A stretch of DNA of 64,000 bases from Candidatus Marinacidobacterium sp. (GCA_965204755.1 OZ242011.1:2272001-2336000); one strand, 5' to 3'; shown: positions 19,685 to 29,842, counted from the first letter of the stretch. Notes: a model not told the origin generated them from the sequence alone. Translations and numbers: made by a program.

Positions 19685-19833
19685 GAAAGACACAGGCTCG
19701 CGGGTCGAAAGACACAGGCTCGCGGGCGGAAAGACACAGGCTCGCCGGTCGAAAGACACAGGCTCGCGGGCGGAAAGACACAGGCTCGCCGGTCGAAAGA
19801 CACAGGCTCGCCCGTGGAAAGACACAGGCTCGC
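19685..19833 (+). repeat. Direct-repeat array: 7 x GAAAGACACAGGCTCGC at an exact 22-bp period
   Basis: Cores start at 19685, 19707, 19729, 19751, 19773, 19795 and 19817, with 5-nt variable linkers. Confidence 0.92.
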
Positions 19834-20063
19834 GAGAGTCGCGGGTCGTTCGGCAGCCCGCGCCGGGCTTCCGGGCGAAGCGCTTGGGCCTCCGGACTCT
19901 CCCGGGGGTGTTCCTTCGACCCGCCGAGGCTCCTTCCTCGCGGTCCGGGACGGAATTCAGCCCCGTCGGACTCCCGGACAGCGCCTTGGAGCCGCTCCCC
20001 GGAGCGCCCGCCCCACGGCCGTTCTTACCATGTAAATCGAATAAAATAAAGGAGTTATGGCAT

Positions 20064-20209
20064 AAAGACACAGGTTGAGACACAGGCTCACGGTCCAAAG
20101 ACACAGGCTAAAGACACAGGCTAAAGACACAGGCTCGGCAGGAAAGACACAGGCTAAAGACACAGGCTCGGCAGGAAAGACACAGGCTCGCCTCGAAAGA
20201 CACAGGCTC
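20064..20209 (+). repeat. Second array: 9 copies of the (AA)AGACACAGG(C)T core at about 13- or 20-bp spacing
   Basis: Read directly. It follows an AT-rich stretch at about 20022-20065. Confidence 0.9.
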
Positions 20210-20292
20210 CGCCACCCCGGGAACGGGCCGCGCGACCGACTCCCGCCGCCGCGCCGCAGAACCCCTCCCCATCCGATCTCGACCGGCGAGTC

Positions 20293-21048
20293 TCAGCCCG
20301 GGATGTCGAGCACGGAACCCGTCATCGCGACAGGGGCTTCCGCGCCCAACCACGCGATGGCGGCGGCGACGGTCTCCGCCGAGGCGCGCGGCTTCGCCGC
20401 GGGGAGCGCGGCCCGGTAAGTCGCCGTGTCCACCGAACCGGGGCGGACGGCGAAGACCGCGATCCCCGAGGGACGGGTCTCCGCCGCCAGCGCCTTGGTG
20501 AACCCGACCAGCCCCTCCTTCGCCGCTCCGTAGGCGGAGAGTCCGGCGGCGCCGAGCCGGGCGGTGAGCGAGGCCACATTCACGATCCGCCCGCTGCCCC
20601 GCCGCCGCATCCCCGGCAGGGCGGCCCGGGTCGTCAGGAACGCCGCCTTGAGGTTCACCGCGATCATCCGGTCGAAGTCCTCGTCCGTCGTGTCCGTGAC
20701 CGGAGCGCGAAACGCGGCGCCGGCGGCGTTCACCACCAACTGCAACGGGCCCAGCCGCCGTTCGGTCTGTTCCACCAACTCGGCGGCCTGGCCGGGGGCG
20801 GCGACATCCGCGGGCGCCGTGAAGGCGTAGCCGCCGGACTCGCGGATGCGGTTCCCGACGCTCACCAGTCCCATCGGCCGCCGCGCCGCCAGTCCGAGAG
20901 CGAACCCGCGCCGGGCGAGCGCGAGCGCGGCCGCTTCGCCGATCCCCCGGCTCGCCCCGGTGACGAGCGCCACCGGCGGCCCGGCGTAACCGGCCCCGCG
21001 CGCCGCGGAACCCGCGCCCGGTTCCCCCGGCCCGGGAGGGCCGCTCAG
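20293..21048 (-). CDS. SDR family oxidoreductase (start uncertain)
   Basis: TGASRGIG, VNAAG and YGAAK motifs. No ATG near the N-terminus. An in-frame CTG overlaps the yjbQ stop. Confidence 0.8.
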   Translation of the reverse strand: MSGPPGPGEPGAGSAARGAGYAGPPVALVTGASRGIGEAAALALARRGFALGLAARRPMGLVSVGNRIRESGGYAFTAPADVAAPGQAAELVEQTERRLGPLQLVVNAAGAAFRAPVTDTTDEDFDRMIAVNLKAAFLTTRAALPGMRRRGSGRIVNVASLTARLGAAGLSAYGAAKEGLVGFTKALAAETRPSGIAVFAVRPGSVDTATYRAALPAAKPRASAETVAAAIAWLGAEAPVAMTGSVLDIPG

Positions 21049-21473
21049 ATCCCGATGTAGTGGGCGGTCACGGTCCGCTCGCGCGGGCCGTCCAACTCGG
21101 CGAACAGGATGCTCTGCCACTGCCCCAGCGAGATCTCGCCCTCGTGGATCGGGACGGTCACATTGTGGCCGAGCACCGTCGCCCGGAGGTGGGCGTCGGC
21201 GTTCTTCCGCTCGCAGTCGGAACTGTCCTCGCAGTTGTGGAGGCACCCGGCGTCCTTGTCCACCAGCCGCTCCAGGAACTCCGCGAGGTCGGCCATCAGC
21301 GCCGCCTGGAACTCGTTCAGGAACAGCGCGGTCGTGGTGTGGAGGGTCGAGAGGATCAGGAACCCGGCCCGGATGCCCGAAGTCCGCGCCTGCTCCCGCA
21401 CCCGGTCGGAGATGTTGTGCAGTTCCACCCGCGAGTCCGTCACCAGTTTCAGCGTCCGGGACATGACCTTCAT
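21045..21473 (-). CDS. yjbQ: YjbQ/UPF0047 family protein
   Basis: HTTTAL..NE, NADAHLR and LGQWQSILFAELDGPR motifs. Confidence 0.9.
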   Translation of the reverse strand: MKVMSRTLKLVTDSRVELHNISDRVREQARTSGIRAGFLILSTLHTTTALFLNEFQAALMADLAEFLERLVDKDAGCLHNCEDSSDCERKNADAHLRATVLGHNVTVPIHEGEISLGQWQSILFAELDGPRERTVTAHYIGI

Positions 21474-21704
21474 CTCGCCGCGGATCACTTTCGCGGAGGC
21501 GGGCTCGGTCTCGGCGGCCCGGATCGGCGGCGGGGAGGCGTTCTCGACCGCCTCCACAGCCGCGGCGGCGCTCGTCGCGCGGCGAAGTCCTCTCGGCATT
21601 CGACCTTTCAGTATATCCGAGCGGAGGCGCCCTGCGCCCGCGGCCGGACCTCCCCGGCGGGCGCCCCGGATCGCGGTCGCGGGCTGGGATACTCCGCCCC
21701 GAAG

Positions 21705-23174
21705 ATGACCGACGACCGGGCGATGGAGGCGCTGGCCGGGGAACTCCGCCCGCTCCTCGGCGAGGACGGTTTCCTCCTGCGCCCGGAACAGGTCCTCCCC
21801 TACGAGTGCGACGGCTCCACCGCCTTCCGGAGCGCGCCGCAGGCGGTCGCGCTGCCCCGCTCAACCGAGGAGACCGCCGCGGTCGTCCGCGCGGCGGCCG
21901 CCGCCGGGATCCCGTTCACCGCCCGCGGCGCCGGCACCGGCCTCTCCGGCGGGGCGACGCCCCTCGCCGGGGGCCTCGTCATCGCCCTCACCCGGATGAA
22001 CCGGATCCTGGCCCTCGATCCGGTCGAGCGGACCGCCCGGTGCCAGACCGGGGTGGTGAACCTGGAGATCTCCCGCGCCGCCGCCCCCCACGGACTCTTC
22101 TTCGCGCCCGACCCGTCCAGCCAGTCCGCCTGCACCCTGGGCGGGAACATCGCCGAGAACTCCGGCGGCGCCCACTGCTTCAAGTTGGGTTCCGCCACTT
22201 CGCACCTCACGGCCATGACGGTGGTGCTCGACGACGGCGAAGCGGTGGAACTCTCCGAGACCGACGCCGGCTACGACCTCGCCGGGCTCTTCACCGGCTC
22301 GGAGGGCACCTTCGGCATCGCCACCGAGGCGACCGTCCGGCTGCTCGCCCTGCCGGAGCGGGTCGAGACGCTGCTCGCGCCCTTCGCCGGGATGGCGCCC
22401 GCCTGCGAGGCGGTCTCCCGGATCGTGGCCGCGGGGATCGTCCCGGTGGCGATGGAGATGCTCGACCGGGCCGCGGTCCGCGTCGTCGAGGAGGGAATGG
22501 GCGCCGGCTACCCCGGAGACGCCGAAGCGGTGCTCCTGCTCGAACTCGACGGGACGGCCCCGGTGGTGGACCGGCAGCGCGCCGAAGTGGAGGCCGTCCT
22601 CCGGGAGTGCGGTTCGCTCGAAGTCCGCGTGGCGCGGGACGCCGAGGAACGGGAGCGCCTGTGGCGGGGGCGGAAGGGCGCTTTCGGGGCGATGGGGCGC
22701 ATCTCGACCGACCTCTATGTCCAGGACGGCGTCGTCCCCCGCTCCGCCCTCCCGGAAGTCCTCGCCGAAGTCGAACGCATCGGGAAGCGCCACCGCCTGC
22801 GCGTCGCCAATGTCTTCCATGCCGGTGACGGCAACCTCCACCCCTGCATCTCCTACGACGGGCGGGACGCCGGGGAGAAGGCGCGGGTGATGGCCGCGAG
22901 CGAGGAACTCCTCGAACTCGCCGTGCGGGTCGGCGGCGTCCTGTCCGGCGAACACGGCATCGGGATCGAGAAGCGGGACCACCTGCATCTCCTGTTCGGG
23001 GAGGCCGACCTCGAAGCCATGCGCCGGGTCCGCGGCGCCTGGGACCCGCGGGGCCTGCTGAACCCGGGGAAGGTGCTTCCGCTCGGCGCCGGATGTTCCG
23101 AAGGCGCGCGCGGCCTCGACGGAGGACTGCCCGGGCCCGGGCGCGTCGCGGCGATTCCCGGGGCTTGGATCTGA
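21705..23174 (+). CDS. glcD: Glycolate oxidase FAD-linked subunit
   Basis: RGAGTGLSGGA, APDPSSQ..CTLGGNIAENSGG, HAGDGNLHP and GEHGIG motifs. Confidence 0.9.
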   Translation: MTDDRAMEALAGELRPLLGEDGFLLRPEQVLPYECDGSTAFRSAPQAVALPRSTEETAAVVRAAAAAGIPFTARGAGTGLSGGATPLAGGLVIALTRMNRILALDPVERTARCQTGVVNLEISRAAAPHGLFFAPDPSSQSACTLGGNIAENSGGAHCFKLGSATSHLTAMTVVLDDGEAVELSETDAGYDLAGLFTGSEGTFGIATEATVRLLALPERVETLLAPFAGMAPACEAVSRIVAAGIVPVAMEMLDRAAVRVVEEGMGAGYPGDAEAVLLLELDGTAPVVDRQRAEVEAVLRECGSLEVRVARDAEERERLWRGRKGAFGAMGRISTDLYVQDGVVPRSALPEVLAEVERIGKRHRLRVANVFHAGDGNLHPCISYDGRDAGEKARVMAASEELLELAVRVGGVLSGEHGIGIEKRDHLHLLFGEADLEAMRRVRGAWDPRGLLNPGKVLPLGAGCSEGARGLDGGLPGPGRVAAIPGAWI

Positions 23175-24523
23175 TGCCGGCGCCGCTGTCGCCGGGGAAC
23201 CCGGGCGTCCGCCCGGAGACGGAGTCGGGAGTGGCCGAGGCGCTCGCGGAATCCGCGGCGGCGGGCCGGGCGGTGCTCGTTCGCGGCGGCGGCTCGCGGC
23301 TCGAGGACCTCCCCTCCGCCGCGCCGGAATCGGCCGCCGCCGTGCTCGAGACTCGCGGCCTCGCCGGCGTGATCGAACACCACTGCGAAGACCTGACCGT
23401 CGAGGCCTGGGCCGGGACCACGCTGGCGGAGATCCGGGAGGAGATCGCGCCGCGCGGCCAGTGCCTCCCGCTCGATCCGCCGTTCCCCGACCGCGCCACC
23501 CTCGGAGGCGTCATCGCCGCCGCGGAACCGGGGATCCGGAGATTCCCCGGCGCGCGGCCCCGCGACCTCCTGCTCGGGCTCACCGCGGTGCTCGAAGACG
23601 GCGCCCGCATCCGTTCCGGCGGGCGCGTCGTCAAGAATGTGACCGGGTACGAACTCACCAAGTTGTTCACCGGCTCCTACGGCACCCTCGGGGTGGTCAC
23701 CCGCGTGGCGCTGCGGCTCCGGGCGCTCCCCGAAGCCGCCCGGACCTGGCTGTTCCCGCTGCCCGTCGGGGACTCCCCGGACGAGTTCACCGATCGGGTC
23801 CTCGGCGGGCTGGCCGTCGCCGGCGAGCCGGAGGTCGCTGCTGTCGTTCCTCCGGGGTTGGGCCTGCCCGGACTCCCGGAGACCGGCGGTTTCCGCCTGG
23901 CGCTCCGCTACGAGGGGCTCGCCGAGGAAGCCGACTACCCGGTAGCGCGGGCCGCGGCCGCGCTCGGGAGCGAGGCGGAGGAAGTCACCGGGCCGGCGGC
24001 CGCCGCGCTTCGGGACAGGGTGCGCGACTTCCTCCCCGCCGTCCCCCGGCGCCGGAGGTCGCAACCGGAAGGCGGCGGCAGCGACTTCGGGCTCTCCGCC
24101 CGGGGCGGCCGGGCGGCGGCGCTCCGGACCGCCTGGCGTTGGGCGGAATTCGGGCCGGCGATGGCGCTCCCCGACCAGAACCGCGCGCTGGCCGCCGTCC
24201 CCGGAGAGTCGCTCGGCCCGGCTCTCGCCGCCGCCGCGAAGGAGCCGGGCGTCGTGGCGGCGCTCGAATCGGTCCCGCCGGACTGGCAACGGTTCTTGGG
24301 CGCGATCCCGGCGCAGATGCCGTCCGCAGGGGACGGCGGCGGATCCGCAGTCTTCTTCCCGGAGCCTCCGCTCGCCGCCCGGCGGATCATGCGCCGCCTC
24401 CGGGAGGCCCTGGCCCCGGCCGGCCGCTTCCACCCCGGCCCCTTCCGCTGGCTCCGGGAAACCGGCGCGGCGGTTCCCGCCGCCGCCGCGGCCGGCGCCG
24501 CCCCGGCGCGGCGGACCGCATGA
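23174..24523 (+). CDS. glcE: Glycolate oxidase FAD-binding subunit
   Basis: ATLGG and GGRVVKNVTGYEL.KLFTGSYGTLG motifs. Lies between glcD and glcF. Confidence 0.85.
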   Translation: MPAPLSPGNPGVRPETESGVAEALAESAAAGRAVLVRGGGSRLEDLPSAAPESAAAVLETRGLAGVIEHHCEDLTVEAWAGTTLAEIREEIAPRGQCLPLDPPFPDRATLGGVIAAAEPGIRRFPGARPRDLLLGLTAVLEDGARIRSGGRVVKNVTGYELTKLFTGSYGTLGVVTRVALRLRALPEAARTWLFPLPVGDSPDEFTDRVLGGLAVAGEPEVAAVVPPGLGLPGLPETGGFRLALRYEGLAEEADYPVARAAAALGSEAEEVTGPAAAALRDRVRDFLPAVPRRRRSQPEGGGSDFGLSARGGRAAALRTAWRWAEFGPAMALPDQNRALAAVPGESLGPALAAAAKEPGVVAALESVPPDWQRFLGAIPAQMPSAGDGGGSAVFFPEPPLAARRIMRRLREALAPAGRFHPGPFRWLRETGAAVPAAAAAGAAPARRTA

Positions 24524-25875
24524 CCGCGCCCGTTCCGCTGCCGGTGGCGCCCGGCGACTCGCCGGAGGCGCGGCGGCTCTACGAGCAGACGCTCGCCTGC
24601 GTCCACTGCGGGTTGTGCCTGCCGGCCTGTCCGGCCTACGAGAACGCCCCCCGCGAGTCGCTCGCGCCCCGGGGCCAGGTGTTCATCGCCCGGGCGCTCC
24701 TCGAAGGCCGGCTGGAGCCGACCGCCGGAGTCGCAGACGACCTCTACGAGTGCCTCGCCTGCCGAGGCTGCGAGACGGTCTGTCCGGCCGGCGTCCGCGT
24801 GGGCGCGATCGTCGAGGGAACGCGGGCGCTGCTCACCGAGGAGCAGGTCGAACCGGCGGCCCTCCGCGCGGCGCGCCGGCTCCTGCTGGAACAGGTCGTG
24901 GCCCGCCCCCGGGTGCTGGCCTTCGCGGTAGCGCTGCTGCGGGTGGTCGAGCGCGCGGGACTCCGCCGGCTCGCGCGGCGGCTGATCGCCGCCTTCGCCC
25001 CCGGACTCGCCGCCCGCGAGCGCCTGCTGCCCCGGATCCCCCCGCGCCGGCCGCTGCCCCGGTCGGCGGCCCCGCGCGCCGGCGCCGCCCGGAAGGGTCG
25101 GGCGGCGCTCTTCGCCGGCTGCATCGCCCCGCACTTCCGCCCGGAGACGAGCCTCGCGGCGGTCGAGGCGCTCACCCGGAACGGCTGGGAAGTCGTCGTC
25201 CCGGAGGGGCAGGGGTGCTGCGGCGCCCTCCACCTCCACGCCGGCCTCCCCGACGCCGCCCGCCGGCTGGCCCGGCGGAACCTCGCCGCCTTCCCGGCGG
25301 ACGCCCCCATCGTCACCACCGCCGCCGGCTGCGGCGCGGCGCTCTCCGAGGTCGGCGAACTCCTCGGCGGCGACGACGGCGACGAAGCCGCCGCCTCCTT
25401 CGCCGGCCGGGTCGCCGACATCTCCGCCTTCCTCGCGGAACACGGTTTCGAGCCCCCGGCGGCCGGCTTGGCGGACGCGGCGGAGGCCGCCCCGCTCCGG
25501 GTGGCGTACGACGCCCCCTGCCACCTGTTCCACGCGCAGCGGGTGCGGGAACAGCCGCTCCGCCTGCTCGAATCCATCCCCGGCCTGGTTCTCGCCCAAG
25601 TCCGCGACCCGGAGCGCTGCTGCGGCAGCGCCGGCATCTACAACCTGACCCGCCACCGGACCTCGATGGCCGTCCTCGACCGCAAGATGGCGAACCTCGC
25701 CCCGGCCGACCCGGCCATCATCGCCACCGGCAACATCGGCTGCCACCTGCAACTCGAAGAGGGCGTCCGCCGCGCCGGCCTCCGGGCGGCCGTCGCCCAC
25801 CCGGTGGAACTCCTCGCCCGCGCCTACCGCCGCGCCGACGCCGCGGCCGCCGTCAACCCGCCCCCGGCGGACTGA
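24520..25875 (+). CDS. glcF: Glycolate oxidase iron-sulfur subunit
   Basis: CVHCGLCLPACP, CLACRGCETVCP and two CCG domains. Confidence 0.9.
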   Translation: MTAPVPLPVAPGDSPEARRLYEQTLACVHCGLCLPACPAYENAPRESLAPRGQVFIARALLEGRLEPTAGVADDLYECLACRGCETVCPAGVRVGAIVEGTRALLTEEQVEPAALRAARRLLLEQVVARPRVLAFAVALLRVVERAGLRRLARRLIAAFAPGLAARERLLPRIPPRRPLPRSAAPRAGAARKGRAALFAGCIAPHFRPETSLAAVEALTRNGWEVVVPEGQGCCGALHLHAGLPDAARRLARRNLAAFPADAPIVTTAAGCGAALSEVGELLGGDDGDEAAASFAGRVADISAFLAEHGFEPPAAGLADAAEAAPLRVAYDAPCHLFHAQRVREQPLRLLESIPGLVLAQVRDPERCCGSAGIYNLTRHRTSMAVLDRKMANLAPADPAIIATGNIGCHLQLEEGVRRAGLRAAVAHPVELLARAYRRADAAAAVNPPPAD

Positions 25876-26254
25876 CATCGAGCACCCGCACCGCCACCCG
25901 CCGCCGCTCCTCTTCGCTGAGCCCCTCCCGCAGCGACCGCTCCAGCGCCGCCGCGTCCGCGAACCGCCGCCCCGTCTCCGAATCGCGCCGCGCGTACTCG
26001 GCGCCGTGCCACGGCACGATGAATATCCCGAAGCCCCCGGTCGCGGGATCGTTCGCGTACCGGGCCGGCGGTCGTTCGCCTGCGGCGGTCCACCAGAACC
26101 GGCGGTCGGCTTTCCTCAGTTCGACCGGGACACCGATGGCGCCGGCAGAGACGCGAAGGTCCGCGCGCGGATCCTGCGGGCGCCGGTGTTCGGGCCGGGC
26201 CTCGCCGGCGCCGGGCAGGAGCCGGCCCGGCGCCGAGAGCGGCGCGTCGCGCAG
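25853..26254 (-). pseudogene. In-frame C-terminal remnant of the NACHT gene (nuclease-like domain)
   Basis: The same frame stays open after the TGA at 26257-26255: LRDAPLS..RADLRV..VPVELRK..YANDPATGGFGIFIVPWHG..VAVRVLDVSPPGAG, ending at TGA 25855-25853. Confidence 0.7.
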
Positions 26255-29200
26255 TCAGCCCTCGCCTTCGGGTCGAGCGGGGCTTTCGGTCCGGAACATC
26301 TCGCGGGGACGGTCGTTCGTCGTTCGCATCCCGGCCGCGGTCCGGTCGAGCCGTTCGGCGACGAGTTCCCGGAGGTCGGCAGGACTCGCCGGTGCGCCTA
26401 TTCGCAGCATTTCGACCACTTCCCGCGCAGTCGGCGCCGATGCGCCGGCATCCCGAGTCAGGACCAGATGCCGTTCGCGCGCCCGGTGCAGGGCGCTCGA
26501 CCACGGAGCGAGGTCCGGATCACCGGCCAGGCGCGTCAGCGCGGCGCCGGCTTCGGGCGTGGCCACTTTGCCGAGATGGCGGATCAGCCGCGCCACCAAC
26601 CCAGCCCCCTCGTCCGGGAGATGGGCTTCGTGGAAGGCGGTCCTCGGTACGGCCTGCGGCCCGAAGGTGCGGACGAGGAACGAAAGAGCGCCGGTCGGCA
26701 GCGGACGCATCAGGAAGTCGGGGTCTTCGGGTGGCGAGAAGAAGTTCAGAAGCGCTCGGCGACGGGCATCGCCGCCTCGGATCTCCCGCTCCAACAGCGG
26801 CAGGAACCGCCCGGACGCCAGCGCGAGACCGGCGGCGAGCCAGCAAACCCGCTGCACCCGAAGGGCGCTTCGGTTCGCGGTCTTGCCGGCGATCACTTCT
26901 TCCAGCATCCCGGCGGGGGCGTGTCGCAGCGCGCTCCACAACAGTTCGTTCAGCACCGGGAGTCCGGAAGTCCGGGCGCGCGGGGGAAACGAGCGCAGGA
27001 GCGGGATCGAGGCGAGCGCGGCGACCCGGGAGTACGCCTCGTCGAAGGCGAGCGAGAACCCGGCGAGCCGGGGCGCGCCTTCGGCGAGCCGCGGCCGAGC
27101 CGCGCGCGTCAACTCCTCGGCCACCAGCCGCGGACGCGCCTCCAGGAGGCGCTCGAACCACGGTTCCGAGTGGTTCGTCCGAAGGACGAAGGAGAACGCC
27201 ACCGCAGAGCGCAACCGGTCTTCGTCCTCCGGCGCGTTTCCTTCCGAGAGCGCAGCGGAGAGCCCCGCCAACACGGCGAGCCCGAGCGGATGGCTCCCGC
27301 CCCCCCCGTCTCCGTTTGCGCCGCCGCGCGCGATGGACGCCGCGTCCGGAAGGTCCGCGCGGTGTGGAGCGCCGCGAAGACCGGCCAGCGCCGCCTCGAA
27401 GAGCGTCCGGTCTCCGGCCATCGCGTCCGAGAGCCGATGCCGCTCCGGGCGCGCCGCGCCGGGGCCGCGGTCGAAGCAGGCCCTCGCCAAACGGTTCAGC
27501 AGGTCCGGGCTGCCCCGGTTCTCGCGGAGCGCCGCCCGTTCCCGCCATACGGCCTCCCGGAGGCGCGTATTGCCGGCGGGGCGAGGGTTCTCGTAAGGCC
27601 GGAGGCGCCGCCGCTCCTCCAGATAGCCGTCCGGCAGATCGCTCCGGTCGAAGGCCGCCAGCCGGCCCGACAGCGAGGGGCGGTCTCCGAGCGCGGCTCG
27701 GGCCTGTTCGAGCGCCCCCCGGTCCGCGTAGGGACGGCGGAACAATTCGCTCCGGTAAGCGATGACATGCCGTTCCGAGACCCGGAGGTCATCGGCGGCG
27801 GCGGCTTCGCGAAAGTGCCAGTCCCCGAGATCGTCAGGCGGGGCCGCCCGATAGACGAGTTCGTGGACATCGCGGGCGATGGCCGGCCGTCCCCGCAAGT
27901 CCTCGGTCCGCATCGCGTGCCGAATGACCGCCTTCTGGATCTCCGGACGGTCCTCCAGCCAGCGGCGCACTCCTTCCGCTTCCTGAACGGGCAGCGGTTC
28001 CGTGGAGTACGGGCCGCGCCAATCGGTAAGCCCCAGCCGCAGCCAGCGGTACAGCCGCGTTGTTTCCACCTCCTCCCCGAACGCGGACAGGCCGCGGGCC
28101 AGCAGCCGAAGCGGGATTTCGGGGAGTTCCCAGGTCCGGAACCGGTGACGAAACTCGTGGCGCGAGACCGCCAGCGTGTCGAGGTGGGCGGGAAGGTCCG
28201 ACTCCGGGCAGTCGCTTCCGACGGATTCCCAGAAGCGGCGGCCCCGGCCCGATACGAGGAGTCGAGGCGCCTCGAAGTACTTCCAGAGATCGTTCGGCTC
28301 GATCCTCCCGGGATAGAGGGCGTGAAGGAGAGTCCCCCGGAGTTCTTGGTCGGGGTCGGGGACCTCTCCGGCAGCCGTTGCCTCGAGCAGGCGGCAGAGC
28401 CGGCCGGCGCCCGTTTCTCCCGTCCGCTCGGCGGCGATGAGGTAGTCGAGCGCGGCGCGGCGCGCGCGGATTCCCAGCGGTTCGATCGGCGCCGCCTCCT
28501 CCGCCGCGTCGAGCGCCGCCTCGGAGAAGAGTCCCGCCTTCGCCATGCCCCGCAGTACGAATTCGAGATCCGGCGTAGGCGGCGCCGTACGGTCGGGCGC
28601 TCCGAGACGGGCGACCAGGGAGCGCTCTGCCTCCGGCGCGATCGGCGCGCGCGCCGCCCCGGTGGGCGGGGGCCGGATGCCGCGCTCGTCGGTCCGGCCC
28701 ACGAGGGCGAGCAGGCGCATGAGTTCTTCGGTCGAGAGGGCGTCGGCGTCCCCGTACCGCAGTACCGCTTCGGGGTCCATCCGCATCAACCTGCACCGCG
28801 CCGTGGGGCATAGAGCGGCGAGCCACGCCGCGAGGCCGCGGATCGGTGAGGGAGGCGCTCCCCCGTCGCGCGCCAGCAGCGCGAGAGCGCGCTCTACCGA
28901 CAGCGCCTCCTCGGTGCGCTCGATCCGCTTCGTCAGGTGACGGCCAGCGAGGAAGGCGGCGATCTGCGGATGGGCGGGGGAGACCGAGCCGTTCTCGTTC
29001 GCCGAGAACAGTCGCGATCTGAGCGCGGCGGTCGCGGCGGAGGCTTCCCGATCCCCGACGAGATCGGCTACGGAAGCGCCCGGCGCTCCTCCCGGCAACC
29101 GGGTTCCCGGTTCGTCCGCGAGCAGCAGGACGGCCGACAGGAAGCCGGCGGCATCGAGTATCGCGGGAATCGACACCCGACGGCCCTTCGCGAGCCGGCG

Positions 29201-29842
29201 CCCTTCGTCCTGCTCGGCGGCCAGCGACACGCAGGCGCCTTCGAACAGGGCGGCGCGGTTCCGGGGCCATTCGCCGGCGCGTCGAATGGCTCGAAGCAGC
29301 AGGTTCAGGTTCAACGGGTTTCCGAGCAACCCCGGGAGGCCGTCGGGGTCGGGCCGGCCCGATATCTCGGGCGCGGCGGCCAGTCGGGCTTCGATCTGCT
29401 CCGGAGTCAGGGGTTCGAGCCGGAGCACCGTGACTTCCCCGACAGCGACGCGCGCCAGGCGCTCCCGGTCGCGGTCACCCGACCAGTCGGCTTCGCGGCA
29501 GGAGATGCGGAACGCCGGCGGCTGCAGGGTGTCGAGCCGCTCGCAAACCCGATCGAACGGACGCTGCGAATCGCCCCTCCCGGCCCGGACTTCGTCCAGC
29601 GCGTCCACGAACAGCGGAGCGCGACCCCATTCGGGATGGCGGTCGAGTTCGAGGCTCACGAAGTCTCGCGCCGGCAGGAACCAGCCGCCTGCGGCCCTTG
29701 CCTCCTCTTGGAACGAGGTCGTTTTCCCCGCGCCGGGGTCGCCGAGCAGCACATAGGCCGCATCGCTGCGGAAGGCGGAGAGCGGCTGCGGCGCCTCGCC
29801 CGCGTCCGGGACCAACCGTCGCGCCAGGCGCTTGAAGGTCAA
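26255..29842 (-). CDS. NACHT/STAND-family NTPase, truncated by an in-frame TGA before its C-terminal domain
   Basis: Walker A LLGDPGAGKTT, Walker B LFVDALDE, ISCR and GNP motifs, then a long helical region. TTG start overlaps the upstream stop. Confidence 0.8.
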   Translation of the reverse strand: MTFKRLARRLVPDAGEAPQPLSAFRSDAAYVLLGDPGAGKTTSFQEEARAAGGWFLPARDFVSLELDRHPEWGRAPLFVDALDEVRAGRGDSQRPFDRVCERLDTLQPPAFRISCREADWSGDRDRERLARVAVGEVTVLRLEPLTPEQIEARLAAAPEISGRPDPDGLPGLLGNPLNLNLLLRAIRRAGEWPRNRAALFEGACVSLAAEQDEGRRLAKGRRVSIPAILDAAGFLSAVLLLADEPGTRLPGGAPGASVADLVGDREASAATAALRSRLFSANENGSVSPAHPQIAAFLAGRHLTKRIERTEEALSVERALALLARDGGAPPSPIRGLAAWLAALCPTARCRLMRMDPEAVLRYGDADALSTEELMRLLALVGRTDERGIRPPPTGAARAPIAPEAERSLVARLGAPDRTAPPTPDLEFVLRGMAKAGLFSEAALDAAEEAAPIEPLGIRARRAALDYLIAAERTGETGAGRLCRLLEATAAGEVPDPDQELRGTLLHALYPGRIEPNDLWKYFEAPRLLVSGRGRRFWESVGSDCPESDLPAHLDTLAVSRHEFRHRFRTWELPEIPLRLLARGLSAFGEEVETTRLYRWLRLGLTDWRGPYSTEPLPVQEAEGVRRWLEDRPEIQKAVIRHAMRTEDLRGRPAIARDVHELVYRAAPPDDLGDWHFREAAAADDLRVSERHVIAYRSELFRRPYADRGALEQARAALGDRPSLSGRLAAFDRSDLPDGYLEERRRLRPYENPRPAGNTRLREAVWRERAALRENRGSPDLLNRLARACFDRGPGAARPERHRLSDAMAGDRTLFEAALAGLRGAPHRADLPDAASIARGGANGDGGGGSHPLGLAVLAGLSAALSEGNAPEDEDRLRSAVAFSFVLRTNHSEPWFERLLEARPRLVAEELTRAARPRLAEGAPRLAGFSLAFDEAYSRVAALASIPLLRSFPPRARTSGLPVLNELLWSALRHAPAGMLEEVIAGKTANRSALRVQRVCWLAAGLALASGRFLPLLEREIRGGDARRRALLNFFSPPEDPDFLMRPLPTGALSFLVRTFGPQAVPRTAFHEAHLPDEGAGLVARLIRHLGKVATPEAGAALTRLAGDPDLAPWSSALHRARERHLVLTRDAGASAPTAREVVEMLRIGAPASPADLRELVAERLDRTAAGMRTTNDRPREMFRTESPARPEGEG

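Noticed and set aside
19685-20209. CRISPR array
   Set aside because: Repeats are 13-17 bp with 0-8 nt linkers that recur, so there are no unique spacers. No cas genes are present.
19446-20419. ORFs spanning the repeat arrays (KDTGS/ERHRL/KTQA repeats)
   Set aside because: They are translations of the DNA repeat in several frames and overlap real genes.
26255-26257. Selenocysteine or alternative genetic code at the NACHT TGA
   Set aside because: TGA is the normal stop for most genes here. I see no clear SECIS, and the downstream domain looks degenerate.
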